64,000 nucleotides of DNA from Mantamonas sphyraenae STR306 (taxonomy: Eukaryota; Protista; CRuMs): NCBI GenBank assembly GCA_026936335.1, contig JAPMXV010000025.1, positions 1 through 64,000 on the forward strand, written 5' to 3'. A model generated the notes under the pieces. The model was not told where the DNA came from. It searched no databases and worked only from the letters and a program-made list of their open reading frames with translations. Position 1 is the first letter of the stretch, and each line of letters opens with the position of its first letter. Below, piece after piece: positions 35,485-50,400 of the stretch. The position numbers and the translations under genes were made by a program.

Positions 35485-38400
35485 TCATGCGTCCAAGGCG
35501 TGCGTTTTGCGGAATGCCGGCCAGTATTTGCTCTCAAACAGCTCGACCAGACAAGCGTCGTACAGGTCGTGTGTAACCTCCTCCTTGTCCGTCTTGTGAA
35601 TGACATCGGACATGGTGGCAAAGTCCAGTTGCTCCAGGTAGCGGTCGCCATCGTCGTCGAAAAACTCGATGGTGATCTCGTTTGCGTGCTCTTGGCGCTC
35701 CACGCCCTTGAGCGTCTCCATTTCCACCACCGCCAACACAAACGCATTGGCATGCTCGTCTTCCACGTGTTCCTTCAGATAGGCAAGCAGCATGGCGCGG
35801 CTTTCTGGGTCGGTGAGTGCGTCGCTCATGCGTGCCTCTTCGTTGTTGATCAGTTCCACGGCACGCAGTTGCTGCTCCTTCCTCTCAATCGATTCCTTCA
35901 CGTGAGCGCCTCGCATCTGCACAAACTCGTCGAACGTAGACTCGGCAAACAAGCTGATGAGGATCGGATCGAGGAGACCGCGCTCGGGTGCCGCGCCCTC
36001 GTGTGCCACCTGCATGGTCTGCACCACCAGGCCATAGTCCACTTCGTGCACAAAGTCGTCGCTGTCGTCGTCCAGGAATCGTTCGACCACCTCTTCGACG
36101 GCAGCCTCGGCCTCGGCCACGTCCATGGGCTCGCTGCTTGCGTTGTCAAACAGGTTGTCGTAGGTCATGGCCGTGTGCACCAACGCAGCCACGTTGTCTT
36201 CCACAGACTCGTTGTTCTGCACATGCGTGTCCAGCCACGCAAGCAGTTCCCTGCGCGTGTCCAGCGACTGCAACGCAGCGTTCATCGACGCCAGCGGATC
36301 CTCCTCCAACAGGCGCTCCTCCACCACGTTCACGACCATGTCCCTTCGCCCACCATCGCCACTGAAAGCTGCCAATGCTGCGCTGGCCTGGCTGCGTGCA
36401 GGCAGTGGTGATCGTGAAGGCGAACGCGACGCTGCGGGCGAAATCGCAAGGCGGTCGCGCGACCGCGACGCACGAAGGCTGTCGCCACTTCCCTGGCCCA
36501 GGCGAGTGTTGGAACGCGATGGTCGAAGGCTGCCACCACTTCCCTGGCCCAGGCGGGTGTTGGAACGCGATGGTCGAAGGCTGCCACCATTTCCAGCACT
36601 TCCCTCGCCCAACCGTGTGTTGGACCTTGATCCACGCAATGTACCCGTTTCGGGCGAGCCCAACAGTCCGGTGTTGCTGTTGCTGCTTGTGTCGCTACCA
36701 CTGCTGCTGGTGCTCGTGGTGCTGGTCGCCGTTTCCAACCCGCCTCCCTTCTCCGCGTTCTCCTTGTCCCATTGTGTCATGGCGTCGTTTTCCAGTTCCT
36801 TGCGAACCTTGGCCAGTTCGGCCTCCAACTCGGCCTCCTGCACGGTGAACAGGTTGGTGATGGCCTTGCTGGCCACCACTTGGCGCAGCGACGTGCCCAG
36901 CTTTGCCAGGCGCCCGCTCACGCGCACCGAATCTGCTTCCGTCACCTGCACTCCCAGGCGTCGCTTCTTGTCCGCCTCCTCGCTCCTGCTTTCGTCAAAC
37001 TTGGCCAGCACCATTTCACGCTGCAGCTGTGCCACCTGCTTGCGCTTCACTTCTTCGTAGTTGCGCTGTGCCTGCAGGCGCATGTCGAGAATCAACTTCT
37101 GCTTGCGTGCCAGCAGCCAGAACTGCTTGGTCAGAGTCAGGCCAAAGTAGATCATGACGGTCAGGTTGAGGATGAACAGGAACACAGAAATGGTCACTTC
37201 GTCTGTGGTCGATGTCTCCGAGCTGAAGAAGAGCATGCCCGTGAGCAGCGTCACTGCGGTTGTGCCCAGAGAGATTGTCTCCAGGTTGGTGGCGCTCTTC
37301 TTGGCAAAGGGTCGCGCGTACAGATGGGCCACAATGGCACCCATGGACATCCACAGACCTGCATACAGCTGCGTCAGCGTCGACTGCTGCCACTGCACAA
37401 TCACAAACACCACAAACAGCTTGCGTGTCATAATCACAATCTCCCAGTAGAAGCGCTTCGATGCGTAGCCGTCGTACAGGAAGCGGTAGCGCAGCATCAC
37501 CTTGGGTGTGTTCAGCTTCTTGCGGTTCTTCATGAGCAAGTACAGTCCCAGAAAGATGACGCCAAAGCAAAACACGATGACGCCTGCCACACCCAGGGTG
37601 TTGCGATACAGCAGGTACGTTTCCGTCTGGCAGCTCACACGCATGTCATCCACAAGGTAGCTGGAACCGTCGTCAAAGGACTGGCAATTGAACACCTGGA
37701 AGAGGGCCTTGGACACGATGGGATGCACAATGAACAGCGACACCAGGATGGTCACGCTGTACAGAGACAGCATGCTCTTGAACCACAGGTGCTCGTAGTT
37801 GCCGTGGTACCTCTGTGCAGCCACCGCCTGCTCGATGCGCTTGGCCATGGCCGCACGGTCTTCCACTTGGTCTTCGTCCACGCTGTTGACAATCTCCCAC
37901 TTGGGCGGATCGGGAATCTTGTGGTCGGCCCGCATCTGCGGGATCACTCGCACAATCACCTGGTAGGCAATGGTGTACAGCAGCGCAGGCGTGACCACAA
38001 GCACCACAGGGAACAGACAGTAGATTTCGTACAGCTGGAAAAAGTCCAGCTTCATGGTGCAGTCCACAGGCTGGATGCTGAGCGAGAACAGTGACAGCGA
38101 CGACGCCTGGAACAGACCCGTGATTTCGCTGGTCCAGTTGAGACGGAACTCGCCCACAAACGCAAGCACCTGCAGGTAGTTGAGCACAATCTTCAACATG
38201 ATCGACGCCTGCGACTTGGATCCCATGGCTGTGCGCACCAGGAAAGCCAGCATCAGCAGAGCCGTGGAGAAGAACACAATGACCAGTGTGTAGTCGGCCG
38301 CAGGGGAACTGCACGGGATGCAACGGATGCCGAAGCGTCCGTATCCCGGCGAACAGACGGAACACAGGGGGCCCTCGTAGCCCTCGGCACACGTGTTGTT

Positions 38401-41400
38401 GCCTCCTCCCTGGCAGGCCACAGTGTTTCTGGCAGCGGTAGAACTTGTCCGATCCGTCCTTGGCACGGTAGAAGCCCGGCTGTGGATAGATCTGCTGGCC
38501 CTGGATGCAGACGCCGCCTTCGGTGCACTTTTGGCACACGCCCTCCTTCTCAAAGGTGTTGTCCTTGCAAACACACTGCGAGATGCTGGAGGCGCCCTTG
38601 ATTCCCTGGGTGTCGCGCTGGGTGGGACATACGTCACATCGGCCCTGGCCGGGCAGCGCTTGATACTGACCCGGTTCGCACAGTTCGCATTGACGCGAGT
38701 CGGCACCCGGTGCAAAGAAACCCGGCGCACAGATGCAATTTGCAAACGAGGGTTCGGTGCCTGGGTACAAATCGCCACAGGGGCGCACGCGAAGGACGTC
38801 GGGCACAAGGAGATCACGTACAGGCTGGGCCAGGGTGGTGCCAAGGCGACCCACGGCCGAGAACTGGTAGGTGTAGGTGACACCATGGCGACCACGCATG
38901 GCAAGGTTGGCAAAGGTGACGATTCCGTGCTGCAGGTTGGCTACGTTGCCGGAGCTGGAAAACGCAGCGGGCGTAAAGTCCAACGTCACAGCCAGGGAGG
39001 ACACGTTGACAAAGTTGCCCATGTCATCCACAGATCGTAGCACGGGCGACACAAGCGTCTCTTCGTTGTCGTACACACGTGTGCCCAGCGACAACACTTC
39101 CAACGCGGCCGGCGGCCCCGGAAGCACGGACACGGTCATCTCGGCGGAGACGTACCCTGCCCGAGTGCCAAACACAAGCGTGTACTGGCCAGCCAGTGCC
39201 CTGAGACGCAGGTCGGCAAACACAGCGGTGGTGCCCACCATGGTGGCGTTCGTCTTGCCTGACGCCAATGCATCAAGCGTTGACACAGTCGTCGCCATCA
39301 CGGCAGCCTCCTCCTCCTCCATCACAACCACCGATGCAGCCACAGGCGTGGCTGCATTGGCGTCCACACGCACAATGCGTTCGAGCTCCACCACGACAGA
39401 GGCGGTGGAGGGCAATGCACGTGCGTAGTTGCCGCCTGCATCGATGATGCGGATGGTGGTGCTGCCCACAGACACTGAGCCTGCATTGAGTCCTCCATAC
39501 GTCACCTCGACGGTGGATTGGTCGGATTCGAGGCGCACAGCGGTTCCGTTGCTGACCTGCACAGAGACATCGAGGGGCAGCAGACCATTGCTCTGGAAAC
39601 GCACCACGTGAGTGCCCACACGAGCCCTGCGCAGCTCCAGACCCTGTACGAGGGCACGGCCCAGGGACGAGGGAGTGACGAGGCCAAACACAGAGGTGGA
39701 ACGCAGTTCGACGGGATTGACACTCCTGTTGTTTGCATCCAACCCTCCGGTGCTGCTCACCACCACGGGCTTGATCTGACGCTGCAAGCTGTCGAACGAT
39801 CCCAACGCGTTGCCGCCGGCATCGAGGATGCGCAGATCGAGAGTGGGCACCTGAGTCCAGTCCGAAGCGTTGGCTTGCACAAAGGCAGACCCGTCGACCA
39901 GTGACATGCGCTCGGCAATGCCCACGGTGACGCGATACCACGCCACAACATCCTTGAGCCCGGCACTGGCCACGCGCACTGCGTACACCCCAACACGCGG
40001 TCGCTGCAATTGCAGCTGCGACAGAGTGACATTGCCTGTGGATGTGGTGAGCATCTGCGCGGCAACACTGTCGCTCACGTTGACCAGGTAGGCAGAGTAG
40101 GTGCGGGATGGCACTGCGTCAATGCCCACCAATGAATTGCCGCCAGCGTCCTGCACCTGCACCACAGCCACTGGCAATTTGCTGACAACAGCAGAGGGCA
40201 CTCCCACATTCGCCTGGTAGCCACTCCACAGACGAAGGGCCTCGGCTGCACCGGGCACAACCTCCACCGTCACCTGCACTCCAGCCAGACCCGCACTGCT
40301 GAATGCCACTGTGTAGCTACCGCGTGCAGGTCGGCCCAGGGCCAAGTCGCCAAATGTGCTCATGCCCTGTGAAAGGGCGCGTGTGGTGGTGCCACTCAAG
40401 TCGACCGCAGCGCCTGCAGGCTGCGTCTGCAGCAACGCCGTCACGTTGGCTGACGAGTCTGTTGGGTTGCTGCTTGCATCCACGACCTGCAACTGCACAG
40501 CACGCACACCTGCGTGCACAGCACTTGTTACGGCCGACGTGTTGTATGCAGTCACCACCAGACGAGTGGGCGGACCAGGCACCACGATGAGGTCTGTGTG
40601 CACGCTCTCCAGCTGGGCGGTGGTCACGCACACGCGATACACACCCTGACGAGGGGTGTCCAGGGTGAGACCGGACAAAGAGACGCTGCCCGACGTGGTG
40701 TTGGGCTGCAACAGACCATGCAGGGTGGTGGGTGCGGCGGCTGCGCACAGTGACACGTCCAACGTGCGCGTCACATTGTCCATTCCGACGAGCGAGTTGT
40801 TGCCTGCATCGGCCACAATCACGGGAACGGAGGGCAACGCAGTGCTGGCCACGGCGGGAAGGACATTTGGAGTCCAGCCCGGTGTCAGCAGCAGACGCAC
40901 AGCCGGACCATGAGTCACATGCACCGTCAGCGTGGTGTTTTCCACCCCGTATGCACGTACATCCAGCACCCACGAGGCCACACGCGGAGTGTGCAGCACG
41001 GTGCTGTTGAGAACCGCCTCGCCCTCGCGCATCACGTATGCTTCGGTCGTGGCAAGGCTCAACCCTGCGGTGGTGGGTGTCACCGACATGGTGCGTGTGG
41101 CCAGTGTGTCGGCCGCGCCAACCACGTTGTTACCTGCATCGCGCAGGCTGGCCACAACCGCAGGCACGTGTGACAGGCCACGGCTGTCCACGGTCACCGA
41201 GGTCTTGTCGAGCACCAGACGAGTGGCATCGCCCACAGTGACGTTGATGGCCACAAACACCTCCTTGGCATCGACAGACACCGAGAGCTGGTAGACACCC
41301 ACAACAGGGGCGAGTAGACCGTACCCTTGCAGTGTGTCGGAGAAGCTGATCGATTCCAGCGACTCGGGGATGTCGTCCTCGGTGGCCGCAATGGTGGAGG

Positions 41401-44400
41401 GGGTAAAGACACGCTGCCCCGAAGGGAGCTGCCGGAAGATGCGCACCTCAAGGGCAAGGTCGTCGCCTTCAGTCAACTCGTTGCCACTGGCATCCAAAGC
41501 ATGCACACCCACAGGTGCAATGGTGGTCACTGCCGCACTGCGCAGGGTCTGTTTGCCTCCAGATACAATCTTCACACCGGCATAGTCGCCCGGTTGCACA
41601 AAGACATCCACACGGTGCACGCCCAGCGAGGGCAGACCCGAAAAGGAAGAAACACCGCATACGAAGTCGAGTTGGGTGCCTTGAAATGCAATCCGGTCAG
41701 AGTGGCACGTGTGCCCACACGCACAGCGGATTGCGTACCGGCTGGATTCGCACCCGACGGTTGCACGTGTGCCACCAAAGTGGGTGCGGTGCCAAAGCTC
41801 GTCGGCGTCCCACTTGCGTCTCGTGTCTCCACCGTCATTGGCGCAATCACATTTGTGGCAGAACTCGAATAGACGCCTCCATTGGTGCTGGTGATCAGCA
41901 CCGACGAACGAGCAACACCCGGTGAGACGGAAATGCTCTGCGTGATGCCACTCAGGCCTGCCGAGTCCACATGCAGTGTGTACGTTGCGGACAAGGGCGC
42001 CAGCAGGGCCAGTTGAGTCATGTTGAGCACACCCTGAGTCATGGACGCAGACGCGCCCTGCGTGCGAAGGTACGGGGAAGCAGCCACGCCTTGGGTCAGT
42101 GTGGCCGACACCGTGCGCGTCTGTGGATCATCCGACCCCAAAGAGGCACCGGTGCTATCCACAGTGCGCAACGACAGTGGTGGGAGGGCGTTGACGGTGT
42201 CACAGTTGAGCAGCCACGGGTTGCCCACACCCACGGTGTTGCCGATCATCTCCAGGGCCACAGCCACGCCAGGCACAACGCGCAGGCTGTAACTGACGGT
42301 TCCCAGCGCCCCTGCGCTGCACTGCATCACGTACACGCCGTGAGCCGGGTTGTTGAGTGCAACGCCGCTCACCACCAAAGTGTCGTTCAGGGCACTGGTG
42401 TTGATGGCACTTGCCAGCGTGCCGGCAATGACAGATGCGCTCGTGTTGGCCAGTGCACAATGCACAGTGTGCACTGTGCGCAGACTGGCGTCCACAGCCA
42501 GGCCGTTCAGGTCCTGCGTGTCCAGCACGAGATCCGGAAGCGCCACTGTGTAGTTGGCACCCACGCTTCCGAGATCCGGATTGCGAGCCACCACGCGGTA
42601 CGCCGCACCGGGCACAATGTCCACTGTGACCTGTGTGCTTGTGAGTCCCGCCGATGTGATGCCGATCGTGTGGCTGCCGTTTGTGGGTCTGGTCAGCTGC
42701 GTCGTGCCAAACGTGGCCTTGCCCGACGCCGTAAAGGCACCCGTGTCTCCCGCCAGCACCAGCGTGGGTGCGTTGAGATTCACAGACACCTGCGGCGCAT
42801 TGCTGGCAAAGTTGTTGGCCACGTCATAGATGCCCACTTCAAAGGTGCCCAGGGGTACGGTCACGGCCGCATAGTACACCGGAGTGGGTGCGGTGATGAC
42901 CAGCAGCTTCGAGGGCTGGCCTGCAAGCACGTTGACATAAAACTGTGTGGGAGTGAGGCCTGTGCTGCTCACCTGCACCGCATACACAGTCGCCTTGGGT
43001 GCAAGCAAGGTCACGTTGTCAAAGCGAACCTCGGCGGCGGTGTTGTTCACCGTGGCCACGGTCAGCACGCCCACAAACGTACTCAGTCCGGTGGCGTTGG
43101 TGGCCGTCAGATTGACCTGTCGCACGCCCAACAGACTGGGTGCAGCCAGATTCTGGCTGGCGTCACGCAGAGACACACGAATGCCACTCACGTGCACCTG
43201 TTCGGCAGTTGTGGCTGATACCACGTCTGCGCCTTCAATGCGAAGCAATGTGGGTGCACCTGCGTCCACCTGCACTGTGTACGTCACACTGCTGAGACCC
43301 GGTGTCGCCAGTGTGATGCTCATCGTTCCGTTTGCAGGCGATTCCAAGGCAAGGGCGTCAAACGCCGCTGCGCCGTGGATCATCGACACAGACGAACCCT
43401 GTGCACGCACGCTGTTCCCTGTGGCAATGATGGTACGGTTGACACTGTCGTAGGTGCCGACGGTGTTGTCGCCGCCGTCCAGGGCCAGCAGAGTGATGCG
43501 CGGCAAAGCAACCACAGCTTGTGTCACCACGCGTGCGCTGGTGCTGTCGTTCAACAACAGACGCACGGGCGTGCCTGGCACAACCGTCACATTGAGAGTG
43601 GGTGTGCCCACGAGCGAGTCGGCGCGGAACTGAAGAGTGTACGTGCCTGCCTTGGGGGTGGCCAACGCCAGATCGCCAAACAGGGCCTCTGCATTGGCGG
43701 TATTGCGTGATTGGGTGCCTGTCAGTTGCGGTGGCGGGCTTCCGTTGCTGCCATTCAGCAGCTGCGCGTGTACCGTGTAGGACACAGTGTCCACGCCAGC
43801 AACAAGGGTTTCCGAGGCATCCAGGGCGGCCACGCGCACGGTGGGGATGGCAGTGCTGGTCGATGCCGACACCTGCACTGCGGCCATCGTTTGGTTGCTG
43901 ACCACAATGTGTGTGGCCTGACCCACGGTGATTTCCACCGATGTGGTCACGTTGCGCAGACTCGGATGGCCAATTTCCACAACGTACACACCCGGCTTCC
44001 ACGCCTGCGCAACAATGCCCGTAAACGTGGCGCGTGCATTGGCCAGCGCTTGGTATCGGCTGCCGGCAGACACCGGTGTGGCTGCACTTCCGTTGACGAA
44101 GCGCATTTCCATCACGCGGCCGGTGCCCACTTCCGTCGGCGTCCCACCTGCGTCGTACGCTTCCACACGCACATCGTTCAGCGCAATGGCCGCACTTGTG
44201 GCAAAGGTGTTGAAGTCGATCAGCAGGCGAAGCTCTTCGGGTTCGCCCTGTGTCACTGTCACGTTGTATGTCACTGTCGGCACACCCGCACTGCTGAACG
44301 ACAGTGTGTGTGCACCCGTGCGAGGACGCAGTAGCTCCAGATTTACAAACGTGGCATTGCCTGAGCTGACCACCAATCCGGTGGTCCCTGCCAACGCGCC

Positions 44401-47400
44401 GTTGCCGCTGGTTGTGGCGTAGCTCACGTTGACCACACGAGTGACATCGTTGGTACCCAACAGATTTCCTCCTGCGTCGTAAGCCAGCAACTGCACCGGG
44501 GGCACAGGCACGCGTGCAGCCGACATTGCCGTGAGGGTGGACGGTGCGCCCACCCGGCGCAACTCTGTGGCAGGTCCAGGTACGATCTGCACCGTGACGT
44601 TGACTTGTGTCAGGTTGCCGCTGCTCACCAGAAGCACATACGAGCCGGTGGGTGCAGCAGCAATTGCCAGTGCACTGATGTTGGCCCGTCCTTGGACCAT
44701 CGCCACGGTGGTGCTTCCCTGAAGGTACTGCGCTGCCGATGCGCCCGAGCCTGCGTGAACAAGGGCCACCTGCACACTGGCTGTTTCGGTGTCGTTCTCA
44801 TACAGTGCCTGCAATTGGTGATTGAGCGTATGCACACTGATCCAAGGAATCGGTGTGGCTGCAGTGCTGCTCAGCACAAAGCTTGCCCCTGCGTCCACCA
44901 CCTTGGACAGATGTTTGGGGGTCACCGTAAACTCGCCGTGCACTTCCACCTCAAACAGCCAGCCGCCGTCCGTGGTGCCATTGCCCATGAATTGCAGGGT
45001 GTTGTTGAAGCGCACTCGGAAGCGATCCGACACAAGCTCCGCCCCTGCCACAAAGTCCAGGCACAACGACACATCGTTCACGTCGGCGGGCACAAAGAAG
45101 CATGGCTTCTGTGCGCCCAGGGCCGTTGCGCTTTGGAAGGTCACGCGTTTCACGGCGTTGCGCCACGTGCCCGTTTGCATGTCCACGTAGTCGACCTCGT
45201 AGTACGGCGCCTGGTTGCGGCATGGGAGGTACCATGACAACAGGAATTGGTTCACGTACGCCGTGTGCGGTAGGGTTACCATCACCGTGGCCATGTCTGC
45301 ATCTGTCCCTGTGGCACTCGCCTGCGGGAACAGCAGGCCACACTTGAACCCTTCTGTGACATTGGTGCGTCTGCAGCAACGGTCGCTGTCCACCAAGCCG
45401 CTTGCAAACACCCCAGAACCGTACCCTGGAGACGATGTGTTGACCACCACACCCGCAGCAGACGCAAGATTGCCCAAGTAAGGCAGTGACAACGAGTTGC
45501 GCTCGGTTACGCCGATGTCCAGCTCCGTGCTCTGGCGACACAGAGGCGAAAAGGTGTCCACATACCGGAACTTGGTGGTTGCTGTGGACTCTGTGCTGTA
45601 CTGTTGGCCATTGGAGGTTACCTGCACATCCACAGTCCCTGCATCTTGTGCAGGCGATTCGCACGTGACGTATGTGTCCGTGTAGAACACGGGTGCCACA
45701 AGCGATGCCACATTGCCAAAGCGACAGCCGAGCAGCGATGTGGCGAAGAAGTTGCTTCCCGTCACAGTCACCACGGTGCCGCCAAAGGTCTTGCCATTGT
45801 CCGGTGTGACCTTTGTCACCACGGGGGCGGCCACGACAGACACCAAGTTTGCAGCGCCGCTGAGAGTGGCTGTGTTTGCGCCTGCGTTGTTCGTCACCGA
45901 GACACTGACATTGGCCGCCGCCTTGGCTGGCGTCACACAGACGGCTGTGGTGCTGTCCACCACGAGGGTGCTTGTGCATTGAGTGCCATCCAGCAATGCA
46001 TACATGCCATTGCCGGCCACAAAGCTTGTGCCTGTGAGTGTCAATCGCGTGCCACCGACGGTGTAGGCCACCTTGGGTGACACTGCACTCACAGTGGCAG
46101 CGGGGAGCACGTTGACACTGTACGGCGACTGGTCGACGTTGGCCAGTGTCGTGTTGACCAGCACATCCACAGGCGTGTTGCCTGTGGCCGTGTACGACAC
46201 AGTGGCGGCATACATATTATCTGTCTGCCACACAAAGTTGCTGTACACGGTGCCACCCACCTTGAGGACAAACCCATCCGCTCCGCCGTTGATGCGCTTG
46301 TTCCCGTGTGCATCCATTGCATACACGCGCAACGTGGATGCCACCTGCAGCGCCGACGAAGTCAGTGCCGTGGTCGGGGATGCTTCCACACGCGATCGGT
46401 TGTTGTTCAGTGCCCCAGGCACCACAGACACACTCAGGCGCGTGTTGCCGCCCAACAGTGTGGTGCCGTCACGCAACACCTCCACACGCAGAGACTCGCC
46501 CGCCGGACGCTCCGCATCGGCCACGTGGTCGCCATGCACGGTGCACTGCAGTTTGCTCTTGCTACCTGCAATTACGGCGACAGCTGTGGAAGTGTTGACC
46601 ACACGCAGCACCGTTGTGCCAGAGATCACCACCGTGCGGCAGGAGTACGTCTCTGTGCCGGGGTAGTAATCCACCTGCAGTTGGCCGGTTGTGTCACGCA
46701 CCGTCACCTCCACATTCCACGTGTCTACGTCTGCGTTCTGTGTGCTCTGCACACCCGCAGCCAATGCATAGCTGCTTGTGGTTGCGTCGCTGGGTGCGTA
46801 GAACGACATGTTGGCGCGCACCAGCGTCACATCCTGGCCATTCTGCAGGTACGCAAGCTGTTTGACTTGCACCACCGGTGTCGCTGGCGTGTGCAACACG
46901 AGACGGGTGCTGCTCACCACGTCCACGGGCACCGCCTGCCACGCCGCCGTGCTGCCATTGGCCGATGTAAACACGGCAAACTGGTCGCCCGTGTTGACAA
47001 AGCCCGTGCCAGCCACGGTGATGGCCGTGCCCCCAGCCACAGGCACTACATCCGTGGATACGCCACTGATCTGTACGGGGTCGTATGCAGTCAGGTTGGC
47101 TGTGACGTATCCTGCCTCCAGATCCAAGCCCAACACCTGCACCAACACGGTGCCTGCCGACGAGACGACGGGCATGGTGCAGTTGGTTTCGGACAGGCTC
47201 ACGAGTGCACACTGCCTAAAGGTGGGTGCGTGGTCGGTGTGGTCAAACGACACTGTCGGCGTGCTGCCAACGTTGGCTGCGTTGACCGTGATCAGACGCA
47301 CCTGGTCGCCGCCTGCACGCGAGACGTAACGCGGCTGTGTGGCCACTGTGTTCTCGTTGCACTTGGCACACTCCCACCGTTCCGTGTTGAAGCACGTCGG

Positions 47401-50400
47401 TGCGCATCCGACGCCTGTCACCATGTACACCGCCCCCTTGTTGCTGTTGGCTCCCGTGGCTCCCACAAAGATGCCCGTCCACTCGATGCTCACGCTGACA
47501 CCAAACTTGTGTCCGGCAACCCCGTCGGCCGCCTCCAGCTTCTTCAGTTGGCCCCACGCATCCGCGCCGCCTTGGTTTCGTGTAAACACGTACACGGCGC
47601 CCTTGTTGTTGCCACTCGTGGGTGCACCCACCACCAACGTGTGCTTGCGCAGTGCAACTGCTGTTCCGAATCGAGCGCCCAGAGCCGCGTCCTGCGCACG
47701 CACCGTAGCACGCAATCCATACGCATTGCTGCCACCCAAGTCGCGTTCGTACAGAAACACCGCACCCTTGCTCACCTGGTCTTTGGGTGTACCCACGGCC
47801 AAAAGGTGGTTGTCTGCCACCAGCACACGACCAAACTCCTGTCCGTTGGCCGGGCTGGGCGACGACAATGTCTTGAGCAAGCCCAGGGCTCGCTGGCCCG
47901 TGTGGTGCATCCCATACACGTACACTCGTCCACGGGAACTGGTTTCCAAGGGAGCACCCACGGCCACGTGGTAGTCCTGCGGGGCATCGGCCACACTCAG
48001 CGAGGCGCCAAAACGGCCGGATTCCGCCGGCGCCGCAAGGCGAGTGAGCATGCCCCATTGTCCCGCGCCCGCGAGGCCACGCATAAACACGTACACAGCG
48101 CCCGAGCCACCACTGTACATCTCCGCGCCCACCACGCCCAGGTCCCTGTGCAGAGCGACAGCAGAGCCAAACGACACGGCGGTTGCATCTGCGCCGTCGC
48201 CCGGAAGCAGGGTTGCCACGCGTGCAAAGGAGGCGCCGTTGGAGGTGGCGTGAAGCACCGCCACGCCAGAGGCACCCACATTGGATGCCACAAGGGCGTC
48301 GCGTCCGCCATAGGCAGCTGTGATCTGTTTGCCAAACATGCCATTGGCGGCAGCGTTTACGGAATCGCTCAGTGTGGCCACACTTGCGTAGGCTTCGCTG
48401 CCAGTCTGGTCACGTTGGCGCACATACAGGGCACCCGAGTTGGTAATGCCTCCCTGGTTGCGTTCGGGGGCACTGATCAGCAACACGTCGCCACTGGCAC
48501 GCACCTGCTCGCCGTAGCGATCGACGGAGCCGCTCCCAGCGTCCACCAGCTTGCGTTGCGTGTCGATGTAGAAAAAGTTGCCTGCGTTGAGCACACGGGT
48601 GGGTGTCACCTGCAGTTGCAACGTAACCTTGCCCAGTCCCGATTGGGAAGGAGGCACGACGCAGCGCAACACAGTGCTGCTCACGTACTGTGCATGCGCC
48701 AGGTGCGCCGATCCACTGCCTCCAAAGCGACACTTGGCGCCGCTCACTGGCACAAAGCCCGTGCCGATCATGTCCAGGGACGAGCCCGCGGCGCCTGTGT
48801 ACACAGCCGAGGACGATGGGCTCATGTTGTGCATGTACAGCGAGGTATTGACGCCTGGGTGGCCCACGAGCGTCAACGAGACGGGCTGGTTGCCTCCAAT
48901 CATTCCGGCGGGAGTGTTGCAGCGCAGCTGCCAGGGGGCACCCAGGAAACAGGTGACATTGACTCGAGTGGACGCGGCGTGGTTGTGAAACTCCACCACA
49001 CGCGAAGTGCCAAAGTTGCCGCCGTACAGGGAGATCTGTGTGGTCAACTGGCCATCCACGGCCTCGGGCCACACGCTCACGATGTTGGGGCCACATTGCA
49101 CACACGCCCACAGGTCGTAGTCAAAGCAAAGGCTAGGACGACACATGGGGAACGAGTATGCGCTGCCCCCTTGTCCCTGTCCCTGCAGAAGCGCACTCGA
49201 TGCAATGAGGCCATTGCCGTACGCTGCCAATGCCACGTGGTTGCCCATCGCATCGCCGTTGGCTCCATCCGACGCCTCCAACTTGCGTCGTTCGCCCCAC
49301 GTTCCACTCTGGCGTGTCCACACACGCACATTGCCCTTCAATCCACCGCCTGTTGTCGACGGGCATCCCAACACCAGCACTGTGCCACGCAGAGACACGC
49401 TGCTGCCACAACGTTCGCCTGCGTTTGCTGTGGGAGCAATGGTAGCATCGGCCACGTACGCCGTGCCACCTGCGTTCTCCACCCACACGCGCACCTGGTT
49501 GAGTCCCGGAGCGCCAATGGCCACTGCCGCGGCTGTTTCCTGGGACCCAAACGAGATGGCTGCGCCAAACTCGCTGCCCGTGCTCAGTGTGTATGTGGCC
49601 ATGTCCACGAACGAGTCTGTGGTTGTGTCCAGACGCAGCATGCGTACACCGCCTGCACTGGCGCCGGGTTCGCCAATTGCCAATCGGTTGGAATCCTGAC
49701 GCAGCGCAAGTGCGGCGCCAGTCTTGGATGCCTCAGAGCCGCCCGTCAGCGTGCCCACCACCGTGAACGAGTTGAAGGACGTGCGGTCGCGTTCAAACAC
49801 ATACACCTTGGCCAGTGTCTTGACAGACACGACCACAAAGCGCGTGCTGACGGCCACGGCGTAGCCAAACACCTGTGTGGCACCCGCGCCGTCCTGTTCG
49901 TTGATGGTGCCGATCAAGTCCCATGTGCCGGTCACAGGCGCACGCTGGTACACAAACACGCGTCCGTTGCTGTCGCTGGGTGCGCTCACAGCAGCGGTGT
50001 CGCGGCTAAAGGCCACGGCGGCGCCAAAGTCGGTGGCTGTAGATGCGGTGAGGTTGGCTGCGGACGACCACAGGGCACTGTCTGCGCCACGCTCAAACAC
50101 GGCGGCGCCCACAACGGCCACGTACTGGTCGGCGGCCACTTGGGCGTTGTTGTGGATGGTGGGGGGCATGCGCAGTGCCTGCTCCTCCACTCGGTAGTAC
50201 AAAGAGCCGGCCGAGGTAAACTCCTGTGCGTTGAGGGCCACCTCGACGGAAACGTAGCCCTCCGAGGCACTGGCGGGTGCCACACAGGTCAACCGCGTGG
50301 CAGAGACAAAGGTGGCACGTGCAGCGACGCCACCCACACCCGAGGTGCTGCCAAAGCGAACTTCCAGATCGGCGGTGTCTGCAAACCCTGTGCCTGTGAC

